DNA of 64,000 nt from IMG/VR virus record IMGVR_UViG_3300020187_000015, positions 1 through 64,000 of that record; one strand, 5' to 3'. This document shows, in pieces, positions 48,287 through 58,418 of this stretch. The notes below the pieces were generated by a model. That model saw only the letters and a program-made list of their open reading frames with translations. It did not search any database and had not been told where the DNA came from. The DNA is from a virus. The stretch's first letter is position 1; the number at the start of each line of letters is the position of its first letter. A program made the position numbers and the translations under genes.

Positions 48287-48328
48287 ACCTATAGGTTTAC
48301 TCTGACCAAACCCTATGGTTTACCATAG
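48284..48328. promoter_or_regulatory. palindromes TAAACCTATAGGTTTA and CTATGGT-TT-ACCATAG
   Basis: Perfect 16-bp palindrome at HTH stop, followed by an AT-rich tract. Confidence 0.45.
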
Positions 48329-48429
48329 AATAAAGGATAAAATAAAGATTTATTTCTAAAGAAATAAATAAGAAAACGAGTTTTCTAAAAAAGAATTGTT
48401 TTTAAATCATAATATGACTATAAAAGTTT

Positions 48430-49272
48430 ATGGAAGATTTTACAGATAAGATAACGATTGGGATTCTTGACTTTTTTCAAGAGAAAGAGTCAAAGGAACT
48501 GCTAATGTCCTTAGCTGAAAATCTTTTGATAGATGTTAACATTCTTTTTATCGACAACGGAACTCCAAAAAGTTATAGTAAACAGTTCCTGAATGATGGA
48601 CTAATTGATGAGTTAATTATAAACGATAGTAATCTTGGCTGTGGCCCAGCTACCGTTCAAATGTATGATTATTGCAAAACTCCATATTTGATATACGTCC
48701 AAAGCGATCAAAGGCTAAATCAAAAGATTGACGCAGATTCAATGAATGGGATGATTAGAGCTTTGGACGAATACCACTGCATTGACTTGGCTGGAAATCA
48801 AGGGAATGGAAAATTCTCAGAAAGAGCTAATATGATGAAAACGGAATTCTATAAAAGAATTCCAAAACCTACTTTAGGTGGACCAGGAATCACAAATGAT
48901 CAAAAGTATGTAGAGGAATGGGTTCAAGATTTTTTTGCAGACAATAATTGCGTTATAGCTCATGTTAGGCCAACAGTATTTTCTGACGAAGGTTATTACT
49001 CAGTAAGAGAATTGTCACAAGAAGACCCTTGCATTTTAAAACATTCTTGCTGGACCAAGGAGATGTGGATTCTTACTGACCCCCCGAAGAATAGGCATGA
49101 GGTTTATCCACCTCTTAACGAAGAGGAGTGGGATAGATTGATAAAAGGAGATTTTCCTAGGTGGAAAAACAACGAAAGGGGCTATGTACCAGAGGCTTGG
49201 AGAGACAACATTATTACCAATGAAATCGTGGAATCAAAAATTAGAGAAGACATAAAAAATGACACCGATTAA
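48430..49272 (+). CDS. GT-A glycosyltransferase-like
   Basis: IDNG, NLGCG, YVQSD. Confidence 0.6.
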   Translation: MEDFTDKITIGILDFFQEKESKELLMSLAENLLIDVNILFIDNGTPKSYSKQFLNDGLIDELIINDSNLGCGPATVQMYDYCKTPYLIYVQSDQRLNQKIDADSMNGMIRALDEYHCIDLAGNQGNGKFSERANMMKTEFYKRIPKPTLGGPGITNDQKYVEEWVQDFFADNNCVIAHVRPTVFSDEGYYSVRELSQEDPCILKHSCWTKEMWILTDPPKNRHEVYPPLNEEEWDRLIKGDFPRWKNNERGYVPEAWRDNIITNEIVESKIREDIKNDTD

Positions 49273-50128
49273 AAATAAAATTTGGCTATGCGGACTTACT
49301 TATGGCCCAGCTATTGAAGCCGTAAAAAATAACATTATCCCTATTGCTAAGCATTTCGATGGATTGAATATTGTTCTCCATAAGAGTGGACCAATCCTAA
49401 CTGAACAGGAAAGCCAGTTATTTAGCATACTAAATGAAAATAGGGGACAAGGTAAAATTCATATTTTCGATTGGATTAGAAGATATGATTTTTCTAGGAA
49501 TAGATATTTGTTTGACCCATTAATGAATTCTGGAGACTTCTTTGTAGTTTTAGACTCGTTGGAAAATATGACAGAAAATTTCTGTACAACAGATCTTCCG
49601 AAGATTAGAAAATCAATGGTAGACAATGACCTTGAGGGAGTCTTTCTTCATGGCAAGGGTTTTATTTTTAGAAAAAACGAATGGATGAAATATGAAAACG
49701 GAACTCATGAATGCATCAGACCCATGAATAGAGCTGCTGAGCTTACGCAGATTGCGGGCTATGAAGACAGTTCAAAATACTTCACAAACACTAGGCCAAA
49801 CAAGAGAGAAAAACTTCATTTTGTAGAACACTTTTTTAGATATTATCTAATCGATAACACTATGCAGTGCTATTTAGGCACTGAGAAAGATGAAGGACTT
49901 ACTAGAATTAGGTTAGAGAATAGACATGATTTTAGAAATCATCTGTTAAGCAAAGGAGTTGAATTCAATTACGAATCAGTCCTTGAGTTCTTTGAGCAGG
50001 ACATAGATCAAGATACTAAAGATCTTATCAATAAAGAAAAAATTCTTAATGACTTCTATAGAAATAAAATACTAGGTGAAGTAGACATTTTAGATAATCA
50101 CGATTACGAAAACATAAAGCCTATATGA
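49259..50128 (+). CDS. GT2-like glycosyltransferase
   Basis: DFSRN, LDSLE, THE motifs. Confidence 0.55.
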   Translation: MTPIKNKIWLCGLTYGPAIEAVKNNIIPIAKHFDGLNIVLHKSGPILTEQESQLFSILNENRGQGKIHIFDWIRRYDFSRNRYLFDPLMNSGDFFVVLDSLENMTENFCTTDLPKIRKSMVDNDLEGVFLHGKGFIFRKNEWMKYENGTHECIRPMNRAAELTQIAGYEDSSKYFTNTRPNKREKLHFVEHFFRYYLIDNTMQCYLGTEKDEGLTRIRLENRHDFRNHLLSKGVEFNYESVLEFFEQDIDQDTKDLINKEKILNDFYRNKILGEVDILDNHDYENIKPI

Positions 50129-50907
50129 TATCTCTAGCAACTAGTGCATTTAACATAGAGTCTAATGACTTTGACATTCATTCTGCAATTAAAAACTGGG
50201 AATTGTACGTAGATGAGATTGTTATAAGTACTATACCCTCTAGAGACAACTCTCTGCAAATCCTAAAGGAACTCGAAAGTTCTAAACCTATAAAGATAAT
50301 TGAGGAAGATTTTTCACTGGAAGATCCTGAGTTTGATGGTAAGCTTAAAAATAGCTCGCATCAAAACTCTTCTAACGAAATTGTCGTTCAGTGTGATTTA
50401 GATGAAAGAATGGGCGGAAAGCCAGAAGCCTGGAAAAGCTTTGCAGAAACTCTTTTATCAAATGAGAGTGTAAAATCCTTGTTCATTCCAGTTATTGATC
50501 TTTATGGATCTTATTATGAATATTCCTCTATCAATAAAAAATGGTATATATGCAAGAAAGAGGGTACTAAGAGGGGAGTAGTCTCTTTTGCTAGAAAGCA
50601 AGATGGTAAAATTGATATAGAAAAATCAGATACTTGCGAACTTCTCGATGAAGATGATAATTTAGTTCCATATATTGACATATGCCATCATTATCAAATA
50701 GATCCTCTAAGATATTGCCAGCTACATAATCCCTTCATTTGGCACTTAGGTTATATAGATATGGATAGAAGATCGAAAATTAATTCTTGGTGGAAACCCC
50801 ATTGGGAAAACCGTAAAGGAGAAAGTATTGAAGAGGTTGGAATATCTAAAAAAGATTTAGAATCAAGAGAAACTTTTAAACATAATATTGAAATAGATTT
50901 CTTATAA
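50125..50907 (+). CDS. GT2-like glycosyltransferase
   Basis: VDEIVI, DLDE, WHLGY. Confidence 0.65.
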   Translation: MISLATSAFNIESNDFDIHSAIKNWELYVDEIVISTIPSRDNSLQILKELESSKPIKIIEEDFSLEDPEFDGKLKNSSHQNSSNEIVVQCDLDERMGGKPEAWKSFAETLLSNESVKSLFIPVIDLYGSYYEYSSINKKWYICKKEGTKRGVVSFARKQDGKIDIEKSDTCELLDEDDNLVPYIDICHHYQIDPLRYCQLHNPFIWHLGYIDMDRRSKINSWWKPHWENRKGESIEEVGISKKDLESRETFKHNIEIDFL

Positions 50908-50912
50908 GAATC

Positions 50913-51545
50913 ATGAATAAAAATAATAAAATAAAACAAATTCAAGAAGAGTATGATAAACTAGGGCTAAATTCTTGTTCCGTACCAGAAGAGGATGGCT
51001 GGATATTTGAATCTGCTATGAATATAACGGAATCAAATAATATTCTAGAAATTGGATTTTATAAGGGTGGTAGTGCATTTATTATGCTTTCTTTAGATGA
51101 AGGTGTGAATTTAACTTCAGTTGACCCTATAGATGGATTGGCTTCCGAAGCATATCAAGCTGCTGAACAAAAGCAGTATGATGAAAAACTCAAAGCAACA
51201 GAAAAAGTTAAAGAAAAGTTTGATGATCGATTTACTTTCATTAGAAAGTATTCTCAAGATGTCAGACCAGATTTAGAAGGGCAGTCTTTTGATATGATAT
51301 TTATTGACGGTGATCATTGGGAAAGTGGCATAAGAAATGACTTTCAATTAATGCTAGATTTGAAAATTCCATATGCTCTAGTAGATGATTGGATACAGCC
51401 AAATAATTGCCACAAATCAGTTCCAACAGTATGGGCAGAAAGTTTTCAAGATAAATTGAAAATGAAAACAGTTTTTTTTAGACATGCTATTTCTTGCAAT
51501 GGTGGTCCGATACCAGTTGTATTGCTGGAAAACTTGACCCTTTAG
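50913..51545 (+). CDS. class I SAM methyltransferase (Methyltransf_24-like)
   Basis: LEIGFYKGGS, FDMIFIDGDH, VDD. Confidence 0.8.
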   Translation: MNKNNKIKQIQEEYDKLGLNSCSVPEEDGWIFESAMNITESNNILEIGFYKGGSAFIMLSLDEGVNLTSVDPIDGLASEAYQAAEQKQYDEKLKATEKVKEKFDDRFTFIRKYSQDVRPDLEGQSFDMIFIDGDHWESGIRNDFQLMLDLKIPYALVDDWIQPNNCHKSVPTVWAESFQDKLKMKTVFFRHAISCNGGPIPVVLLENLTL

Positions 51546-51550
51546 AAAGC

Positions 51551-52306
51551 ATGAAGAACTTACCCATATCATTAACGTTGTATACAACAACCAAAGGACA
51601 TTTTGGCTACAAGGATTGTGCTAAAGATACAATTAATCATCTTTCTAAGATTGACGAAGGTTGTTTTTCTAACAAGTCTGCCCACATAAAGGTATGTGAT
51701 AGCCAGGAAGGTGAAGACAAGTGCGAGGATTTAAAGTCTTTCTTTAAATCAAAAGGTTTTGATGTATTCACGACAAAGGGTAATTGGAACAGAAAAAACA
51801 ATAATCATGCAATAGAGTATTTCAAAGACATGGAAACTCTAATGAATGAAAATGTTGTTCACGATAATGAATTTATCCTATTCCACGAAGATGACTGGTT
51901 AATAAACACTGAAAAGCCTTTGATATATCTTTTGCAGGAGGGCATAAAATTGATGAAAGCAAATAAGGATATTCTTTGTGTAAGAGTTAATGCAGATATA
52001 AATACAGATGTTTCAAAAGCCACAAAAATCACAAATGAAATATACTTACAAAATTTTGATTATACTGAATATGGGCCAACAATAACATTTCAGCCTACTC
52101 TAATGAGAACTAGAGATTGGTATGCAGCAGTAAGACAAATAAACCGAAATGATTTGAGATTCAAATCCCATTGCGAATTACTTAGCGGCATGTTTATGAA
52201 GGGGCTTTTTGCAACAGTGAGTACGCCATTTGCTTTCTTTGATCCTAATACGATTAATGCTACCCACATTGGCTCAGAAGAGTTTGCAAAGGAGAATACT
52301 AAATGA
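51551..52306 (+). CDS. GT-A glycosyltransferase-like
   Basis: FHEDDW, HIG; start MKNLP. Confidence 0.6.
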   Translation: MKNLPISLTLYTTTKGHFGYKDCAKDTINHLSKIDEGCFSNKSAHIKVCDSQEGEDKCEDLKSFFKSKGFDVFTTKGNWNRKNNNHAIEYFKDMETLMNENVVHDNEFILFHEDDWLINTEKPLIYLLQEGIKLMKANKDILCVRVNADINTDVSKATKITNEIYLQNFDYTEYGPTITFQPTLMRTRDWYAAVRQINRNDLRFKSHCELLSGMFMKGLFATVSTPFAFFDPNTINATHIGSEEFAKENTK

Positions 52307-52352
52307 TTTACTTTGATGAAGGCAGATCAGATTATATTTTAGATTGGTGGCT

Positions 52353-53108
52353 ATGAAAATAGGTTTTATGCTTTGTGCTTTCAATCAAGAAGAGTTTCTT
52401 GATGGCTGCTTACAGGACCTTGTTCCTTTTTGTAAGGAGTATGGTCATATTATTAGTGCTGTTTCAGTACCTTTTCTCGAATATAAAGATAAAGGTATAA
52501 AGTACGATGGCACTACTAGTATTTTAAAAGGTAAGTTAAAAAATGGTGATATTGATTATTTGATTAGTGATCCCAAATACATAACAGATGCTGAAGCGAG
52601 AAACTTCGCCCTGAAGCCTCTTCTCGAAAATGATTGCGACTTAATATTCTTGATTGATTCTGATGAAAAATTCAGCAAATTGGATTTAGAAAACATTATT
52701 AATTATGTAGAGAATTCTGAATTTATTGATTGGTGGGCTATAAGCTACAAAAATTACGTTGGTAATGGTTACTTGATAGAGCCTTTTACTCCACCAAGAA
52801 TATTCAAAGTAAACGCAAGGGGTTTAAAAGCCTCTCATTTTTATTTTGATAACGACTTACTTTACATCTCTAAAGATGGAAGTGAGTTGAATTACAAATC
52901 CCTGTCCAATAAAGTTATTCCACAGTCCATCGCATGGGTTCCACATTTTACTTGGACTAATACAGAAAGAAATAAGCTCAAAATAGAATATCAAAACATT
53001 CATAATCATGGCTGCTCATACAAATGGGAAGATGGAGAGGTTAAGTTGAATGATGATTTTTATCATCGAAACAATCTTATCAAACCAAATATAATCTATG
53101 AAGATTAG
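52353..53108 (+). CDS. GT2-like glycosyltransferase
   Basis: AFNQEE, DGT, RN.AL, IDSDE. Confidence 0.7.
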   Translation: MKIGFMLCAFNQEEFLDGCLQDLVPFCKEYGHIISAVSVPFLEYKDKGIKYDGTTSILKGKLKNGDIDYLISDPKYITDAEARNFALKPLLENDCDLIFLIDSDEKFSKLDLENIINYVENSEFIDWWAISYKNYVGNGYLIEPFTPPRIFKVNARGLKASHFYFDNDLLYISKDGSELNYKSLSNKVIPQSIAWVPHFTWTNTERNKLKIEYQNIHNHGCSYKWEDGEVKLNDDFYHRNNLIKPNIIYED

Positions 53109-53268
53109 ATATTTAAAATTTAAGTTAAAATTGTATTTGACAACTCCAATATTTTCATCATACATAAGGGCTGCAACAATTGCAGCAGTTGGATAAAATA
53201 TCCAAAATAAAAAACACCACCAAATAAAAATGAAAGAAAAAAAAGAAATGCAAGTTAACGTTGATGGA
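53082..53268. repeat. ~187-bp direct repeat, copy 1 (copy 2 at 53954-54140)
   Basis: Near-identical at 872-bp offset; includes GT 3' end, promoter, UTR and first 13 codons. Confidence 0.95.
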
Positions 53269-53949
53269 GAAGTTATGGATGAATTAAAAAAAAATAGAGA
53301 GAGCTTATTAAAAAGTATGCATAGTAGTTTTTTTGGTTGTTTTACGCAACAAAGGCATGAAGCTTTTGCGGCAATTAATGATCTTTTAAATTATTATAAT
53401 TTTACAAATATTATTGAAATCGGAACCCATGACTGTGGATTATCTATACCTCTTGCTCTTTATTGCTTGAATTCAAAAATTCCAGTTGAAGCAGAAAATC
53501 CCTCAGAGCCATCTACCCATAAAGCCAGAACTCATCATAAACAACCAAAACAATTTTACACTATGGATATAACTGTAAGAGATATTCATTCTATAAAATT
53601 AATTATTGGGATGGGAGCAAAGTTTTTTAAAGAAGATTGCTTTTTAAAAGAAGCTGAAATTGGAAATTTAATCCAACAAAATGGACGAAGTCTGTTATTA
53701 TGTGACGGAGGGGACAAACCAAAGGAAGTAAATACTTTTGCCAAATATCTTAAAAAGGGCGACATTATCATGGGTCACGATTATTTTCATAGTGAAGAGG
53801 AGGAAGAAAAATATCTTAATAAAATTTGGTATGGCAAGGAATTATGTTATAAAGATGTAGAAAAAACTTTGGAGAAAGAAAATATTTCTGTAATTTACAG
53901 AGAAACTTTTGATCCAGTAGTTTGGATGTGCGCTATAAAAAACGAATAA
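53230..53949 (+). CDS. SAM methyltransferase-like (cephalosporin-hydroxylase/Methyltransf_24 type) with borrowed N-terminus
   Basis: IEIGT..G, CDGG, LKKGD..HDY. Confidence 0.7.
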   Translation: MKEKKEMQVNVDGEVMDELKKNRESLLKSMHSSFFGCFTQQRHEAFAAINDLLNYYNFTNIIEIGTHDCGLSIPLALYCLNSKIPVEAENPSEPSTHKARTHHKQPKQFYTMDITVRDIHSIKLIIGMGAKFFKEDCFLKEAEIGNLIQQNGRSLLLCDGGDKPKEVNTFAKYLKKGDIIMGHDYFHSEEEEEKYLNKIWYGKELCYKDVEKTLEKENISVIYRETFDPVVWMCAIKNE

Positions 53950-54101
53950 AATAAAACCAAATATAATCTATGAAGATTAGATATTTAAAATTTAAGTTAA
54001 AATTATCTTTGACAACTCCAATATTTTCATCATACATAAGGGCTGCAACAATTGCAGCAGTTGGATAAAATATCCAAAATAAAAAACAACACCAAATAAA
54101 A

Positions 54102-54275
54102 ATGAAAGAAAAGAAAGAAATGCAAGTAGAGGTCGATGGGAAATTTGAGACCAGGGAAGTGGACTTTATTGTCCATAGAGATGGTTCCCCTTTTAGATAT
54201 CCAAAGATTAATGACTTCGAACATATTTACGAAAATGAAAAAAGAATATTTGTTTTTACTAGTACGGTAAAGTAG
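54102..54275 (+). CDS. small hypothetical (57 aa, MKEKKEMQVEVDG...)
   Basis: Manually read; shares N-terminus with 53230 gene. Confidence 0.6.
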   Translation: MKEKKEMQVEVDGKFETREVDFIVHRDGSPFRYPKINDFEHIYENEKRIFVFTSTVK

Positions 54276-54385
54276 ATTCCGTTACACAATTTAGAGCTAT
54301 AATTTTATTTCTTTTAAACTTCTTGCAAAAGTTTTTTGAAAGATGTAATTACCTATTGCCCTAACATACAAAACAAAAAAAACAA

Positions 54386-55354
54386 ATGATATTCGAAGAA
54401 CAAATCGCAAGAAAACCAGATCACTATCCTTGGACAGAGGAATTCATGAGAGCAATGTGGGAAGGACATTGGACAGATAAAGAATTTAGCTTTACGTCCG
54501 ATGTTCAAGACTACAAAATTAACATGACTGACCAAGAAAGGGAGATTATTATTAGAGCCTTATCGGCCATCGGGCAGATAGAGATAGCTGTTAAGACGTT
54601 CTGGGCTAAGATTGGAGACAATCTTCCTCATCCATCTATTAGAGATATGGGTTACGTCATGGGCAATATCGAAGTAATTCACAACAACGCATATGAGCGC
54701 CTGATTGAAGTGCTTGGTTTGGATGACGTATTCGAGCAAAATCTTAAACTGGATTGGATCGATGGTCGAGTTAAGTACCTAAAGAAGTATACTCATAGAT
54801 ATTATAAAGACTCTAAAAAACAGTTCGTTTATGCTTTGATACTATTTACTCTTTTTGTAGAAAATGTGAGCCTATTCTCTCAATTTTATATCATAAACTG
54901 GTTTGGCAAAAAGAACTTGTTGAAGGATACTAATCAGCAAACAGCATATACTGCTAGAGAAGAAGATATCCACGCAAAGATAGGTATCAAGCTAGTCAAC
55001 GTTATTCGTAAAGAGCATCCAGAACTTTTTGATAAAGATCTAGAAGACAAAATCCTACATGAAGCAGAAGAGGCTTTTAAGGCAGAGTCTCAAATTATTG
55101 AATGGATGATCAATGGGATTAAAGAAGAGGGGCTGTCTTCAGATCTGCTCAAAGAGTTCGTAAAAAGTAGGTTAAATGATTCTCTTGAACAAATTGGCTA
55201 CAAAAAGATTTTTGAAGTTGACAGTGAACAATTGGAGAGTACGCTTTGGTTTGATGAAGAGGTATTAGGTAATTCAGCTACGGATTTCTTTAACTCTCGT
55301 CCAGTGGAATACAGCAAAGGAAACAAGTCTTTTGATGAAGACGATTTATTTTAA
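54386..55354 (+). CDS. nrdB: ribonucleotide reductase class I beta subunit
   Basis: EVIH..AY, E..SLFSQF, EEDIH, DFF. Confidence 0.93.
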   Translation: MIFEEQIARKPDHYPWTEEFMRAMWEGHWTDKEFSFTSDVQDYKINMTDQEREIIIRALSAIGQIEIAVKTFWAKIGDNLPHPSIRDMGYVMGNIEVIHNNAYERLIEVLGLDDVFEQNLKLDWIDGRVKYLKKYTHRYYKDSKKQFVYALILFTLFVENVSLFSQFYIINWFGKKNLLKDTNQQTAYTAREEDIHAKIGIKLVNVIRKEHPELFDKDLEDKILHEAEEAFKAESQIIEWMINGIKEEGLSSDLLKEFVKSRLNDSLEQIGYKKIFEVDSEQLESTLWFDEEVLGNSATDFFNSRPVEYSKGNKSFDEDDLF

Positions 55355-55359
55355 AATTA

Positions 55360-57006
55360 ATGGAAAAATATTATTGGTTAAACGAAGACTCTAGAACATT
55401 TCTTTCTAGAGGTTATTTAAAAAAGGGTCAAAGCCCAGAAGGTAGAATTTCTGAGATTGCCGAAAATGCTGAGAAGATTCTTGGTGTAGATGGGTTTGCA
55501 GAAAAATTCTTAGACTATATGTCTAAAGGTTTTTACTCTCTATCTACCCCTGTATGGGTCAACTTTGGTAACAAGAGAGGTCTTCCAGTGTCATGCTTTA
55601 ATTCTCACGTATCGGATACTATGGAGTCGATCTTAGATAAAGCTTCCGAGGTGGGCATTATGTCTAAAATGGGAGGTGGTACTTCTGGATTTTTCGGAGA
55701 GCTTAGGGCTAGAGGTAAAAATATTTCTGTTGGTGGCGAGTCGTCGGGACCAATCCATTTCATGGAAATTTTTGACAAAATCGCTGAAGTCGTTAGTCAA
55801 GGTTCTGCAAGGCGAGGATCTTTTGCTGCTTACCTTCCCGTTGAGCATCCTGACATTGAAGAGTTTTTGCAGATTAGAGAGGATGGGCATCCTATTCAAA
55901 AAATGAGTATTGGGGTTACGATCACCGATGACTGGATGGAGTCAATGACCGCAGGGGATAAAGATAAAAGAAAGGTTTGGGGTAAGATTATAAAGAAGCG
56001 TTTTGAGAGCGGTTACCCTTATATCTTTTTCTCTGACACGGTCAACAACAACTCGCCTAAGATATATCAAGATCTTGACAGAAAGATAAACAGTTCTAAC
56101 CTTTGTTCTGAAATTTGCCTTAGCTCTAATGAAAACGAGTCTTTTGTCTGTGTATTATCTTCTTTAAATTTACTACACTGGGACAAAATTAAAGAAACTG
56201 ATGCAGTAGAAACTCTAACATATTTTCTTGATGCAGTTAATCAGGAGTTTGTTGATAAGACTGAGAATATCAAGCACATGGAATCTTCGCACAAGTTCGC
56301 TAAATCTCAAAGAGCTTTGGGTATGGGAGCTTTGGGCTGGCATTCTCTACTTCAATCTAAAGGCATTTCCTTTGAAGGTCTAGAGGCAAATATACTTAAC
56401 AGTTCAATTTGGAGTGAAATAGAAAGTAGATCACTAAAAGCATCAAAAGAGATGGCTGATAAGTTTGGTGAACCAGAAATGCTAAAGGGTAAAGGAATAA
56501 GAAATGTTACTAGACTAGCAATAGCCCCAACAACATCATCCTCTTTCATTCTGGGTCAAGTATCTCCGTCTATTGAGCCGTTGAATAGTAATTACTTTGT
56601 AAAAAAACTGGCTAAAGGAAATTTTACTTATAAAAACCCTTTCTTGAAGTCACTTTTAGAATCTAAAGGTGAGAATAGTCCAGAATCTTGGAGATCAATC
56701 TTACTGCATGGTGGATCAGTGCAACACCTAGACTTCTTAAGTCAAGAGGAGAAGAATGTATTTAAAACATTTGGGGAGATATCTCAAAAAGACATTGTTA
56801 TTCAAGCATCTTCTAGGCAAAAGTTTATAGACCAATCCCAGTCCCTCAATTTAATGATTGGACCAGAGGTAAAACCCAAAGATGTTAGCGACTTGTTGAT
56901 TTTTGGCTGGAAGTCTGGAATTAAAACGTTCTATTATCAAAGAAGTGCTAATCCCTCTCAAGAATTAAGTCGGAAGATTAATAACTGTACTTCCTGTGAA
57001 GGATGA
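55360..57006 (+). CDS. nrdA: ribonucleotide reductase class I alpha subunit (no ATP cone)
   Basis: SCF, GGG, SNLCSEI, APTTSS, DQSQS, YY, C-terminal CxxC. Confidence 0.95.
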   Translation: MEKYYWLNEDSRTFLSRGYLKKGQSPEGRISEIAENAEKILGVDGFAEKFLDYMSKGFYSLSTPVWVNFGNKRGLPVSCFNSHVSDTMESILDKASEVGIMSKMGGGTSGFFGELRARGKNISVGGESSGPIHFMEIFDKIAEVVSQGSARRGSFAAYLPVEHPDIEEFLQIREDGHPIQKMSIGVTITDDWMESMTAGDKDKRKVWGKIIKKRFESGYPYIFFSDTVNNNSPKIYQDLDRKINSSNLCSEICLSSNENESFVCVLSSLNLLHWDKIKETDAVETLTYFLDAVNQEFVDKTENIKHMESSHKFAKSQRALGMGALGWHSLLQSKGISFEGLEANILNSSIWSEIESRSLKASKEMADKFGEPEMLKGKGIRNVTRLAIAPTTSSSFILGQVSPSIEPLNSNYFVKKLAKGNFTYKNPFLKSLLESKGENSPESWRSILLHGGSVQHLDFLSQEEKNVFKTFGEISQKDIVIQASSRQKFIDQSQSLNLMIGPEVKPKDVSDLLIFGWKSGIKTFYYQRSANPSQELSRKINNCTSCEG

Positions 57007-57325
57007 TATACTAAATAAGGAGGAGATGGATCTACTCAAGGAAGATTCCCTACCTTCCATAAATCGGTGTCTCGATGTTATAATTAAATCGCGAGACATC
57101 GTTATGGATACGCATAAGTGGAGCGTAGATCGCAGAACGGACGATAGAGTTCTGGATTTATACTCCGCTCTATGTATTTCCTACAAAGGTATGGTTAAAT
57201 ATAAGAATAAGTTTGCTAGAAGTCAAAAACTTGAATCCATGATAAACAATAAGGAGGATTTTACATCCTCTTACTTAGTATGCACAAGAATTATAGAAAG
57301 AATGCTAAAAGAATACAAAGAATAG
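56996..57325 (+). CDS. hypothetical
   Basis: GTG start overlapping nrdA end. Confidence 0.55.
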   Translation: MKDDILNKEEMDLLKEDSLPSINRCLDVIIKSRDIVMDTHKWSVDRRTDDRVLDLYSALCISYKGMVKYKNKFARSQKLESMINNKEDFTSSYLVCTRIIERMLKEYKE

Positions 57326-57361
57326 TTGCTCAATTGCTCTAATCTCAATATCATCTTCCGT

Positions 57362-58390
57362 ATGAAGAAAGTAATTATTACTGGTGTTACGGGGCAAGTT
57401 GGATCTTATATGGTAGATTTTCTGTTGAAAAATACAGACTACAAGATTTTTGGAGCAATCAGAAGATTGAGCGTACCAAATCATCGGAATATTAGCCATA
57501 TCGACAACCCGCGCTTTGAATTGATCGAAATGGATCTGACGGATGAACCAAGCATCTCATCATGTATCCATGAAATTAACCCAGATTATTTTATTAATTT
57601 TGCTGCGAACTCTTTCGTAGGAAATAGCTGGAAAATGCCAATAAATCATTTTGATGTTAATGCCGTAGGTGTTATGCGTCAACTTGAGGCGATAAGAAAG
57701 TTTTGCCCTAACTGTAGATATTATAATGCTGGATCTTCGGAAGAATTTGGCGATGTTGCGTATAGCCCACAAGACCTCAAGCATCCATCCAGACCAAGAA
57801 GTCCGTATGGTGCGGCTAAAGTTGCAGCTAGACAAATAGTAAAGGTATGGAGAGACTCATACGACCTGTATGCGGTTCAGGGCTATTTGTTTAATCATGA
57901 GTCGGAGCGCCGTGGCGAAGAGTTCGTAACAAGAAAGATTACTAAGGCTGTAGCTAGAATCAAGAAGTCTATTGAAAGTGAAGAAGATTTTAAGCCGCTA
58001 GAGCTTGGGAACATGAACGCCAAGAGAGACTGGAGTCATGCAGAGGATTTCGTTGAAGCAGTTTGGCTAATGATGAATCAGGAAAATCCCAAAGACTATC
58101 TTCTTGCTTCTGGCGAAACTCACACAGTAAGAGAGTTTGTTGATTTGGCATTTAAAAATGCTGATATTAATAACAGCTATTTTGAATGGGTTGGCTCAGA
58201 AGAGAGCGAAATTTTATATTGTAATGGTAAAGCTGTTGTTAGGGTTAATCCTGAGTTTTATCGGCCAGCAGAGGTTGACTTATTGCTAGGTGATCCATCA
58301 GAAGCTGTAAATGAATTGGGTTGGATCAAGAGAGTAGATTTTGAGACTTTAGTCAAAAGAATGGTTAATAATGATTTAATCATTGACTAA
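57362..58390 (+). CDS. gmd: GDP-mannose 4,6-dehydratase
   Basis: TGVTGQ.GSY, SPYGAAK, FNHES.RRG..FVTRKI, RDW, RPAEVD.L.GD. Confidence 0.93.
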   Translation: MKKVIITGVTGQVGSYMVDFLLKNTDYKIFGAIRRLSVPNHRNISHIDNPRFELIEMDLTDEPSISSCIHEINPDYFINFAANSFVGNSWKMPINHFDVNAVGVMRQLEAIRKFCPNCRYYNAGSSEEFGDVAYSPQDLKHPSRPRSPYGAAKVAARQIVKVWRDSYDLYAVQGYLFNHESERRGEEFVTRKITKAVARIKKSIESEEDFKPLELGNMNAKRDWSHAEDFVEAVWLMMNQENPKDYLLASGETHTVREFVDLAFKNADINNSYFEWVGSEESEILYCNGKAVVRVNPEFYRPAEVDLLLGDPSEAVNELGWIKRVDFETLVKRMVNNDLIID

Positions 58391-58418
58391 TACTCTACTA
58401 TTAGCATAGTCATAATTT

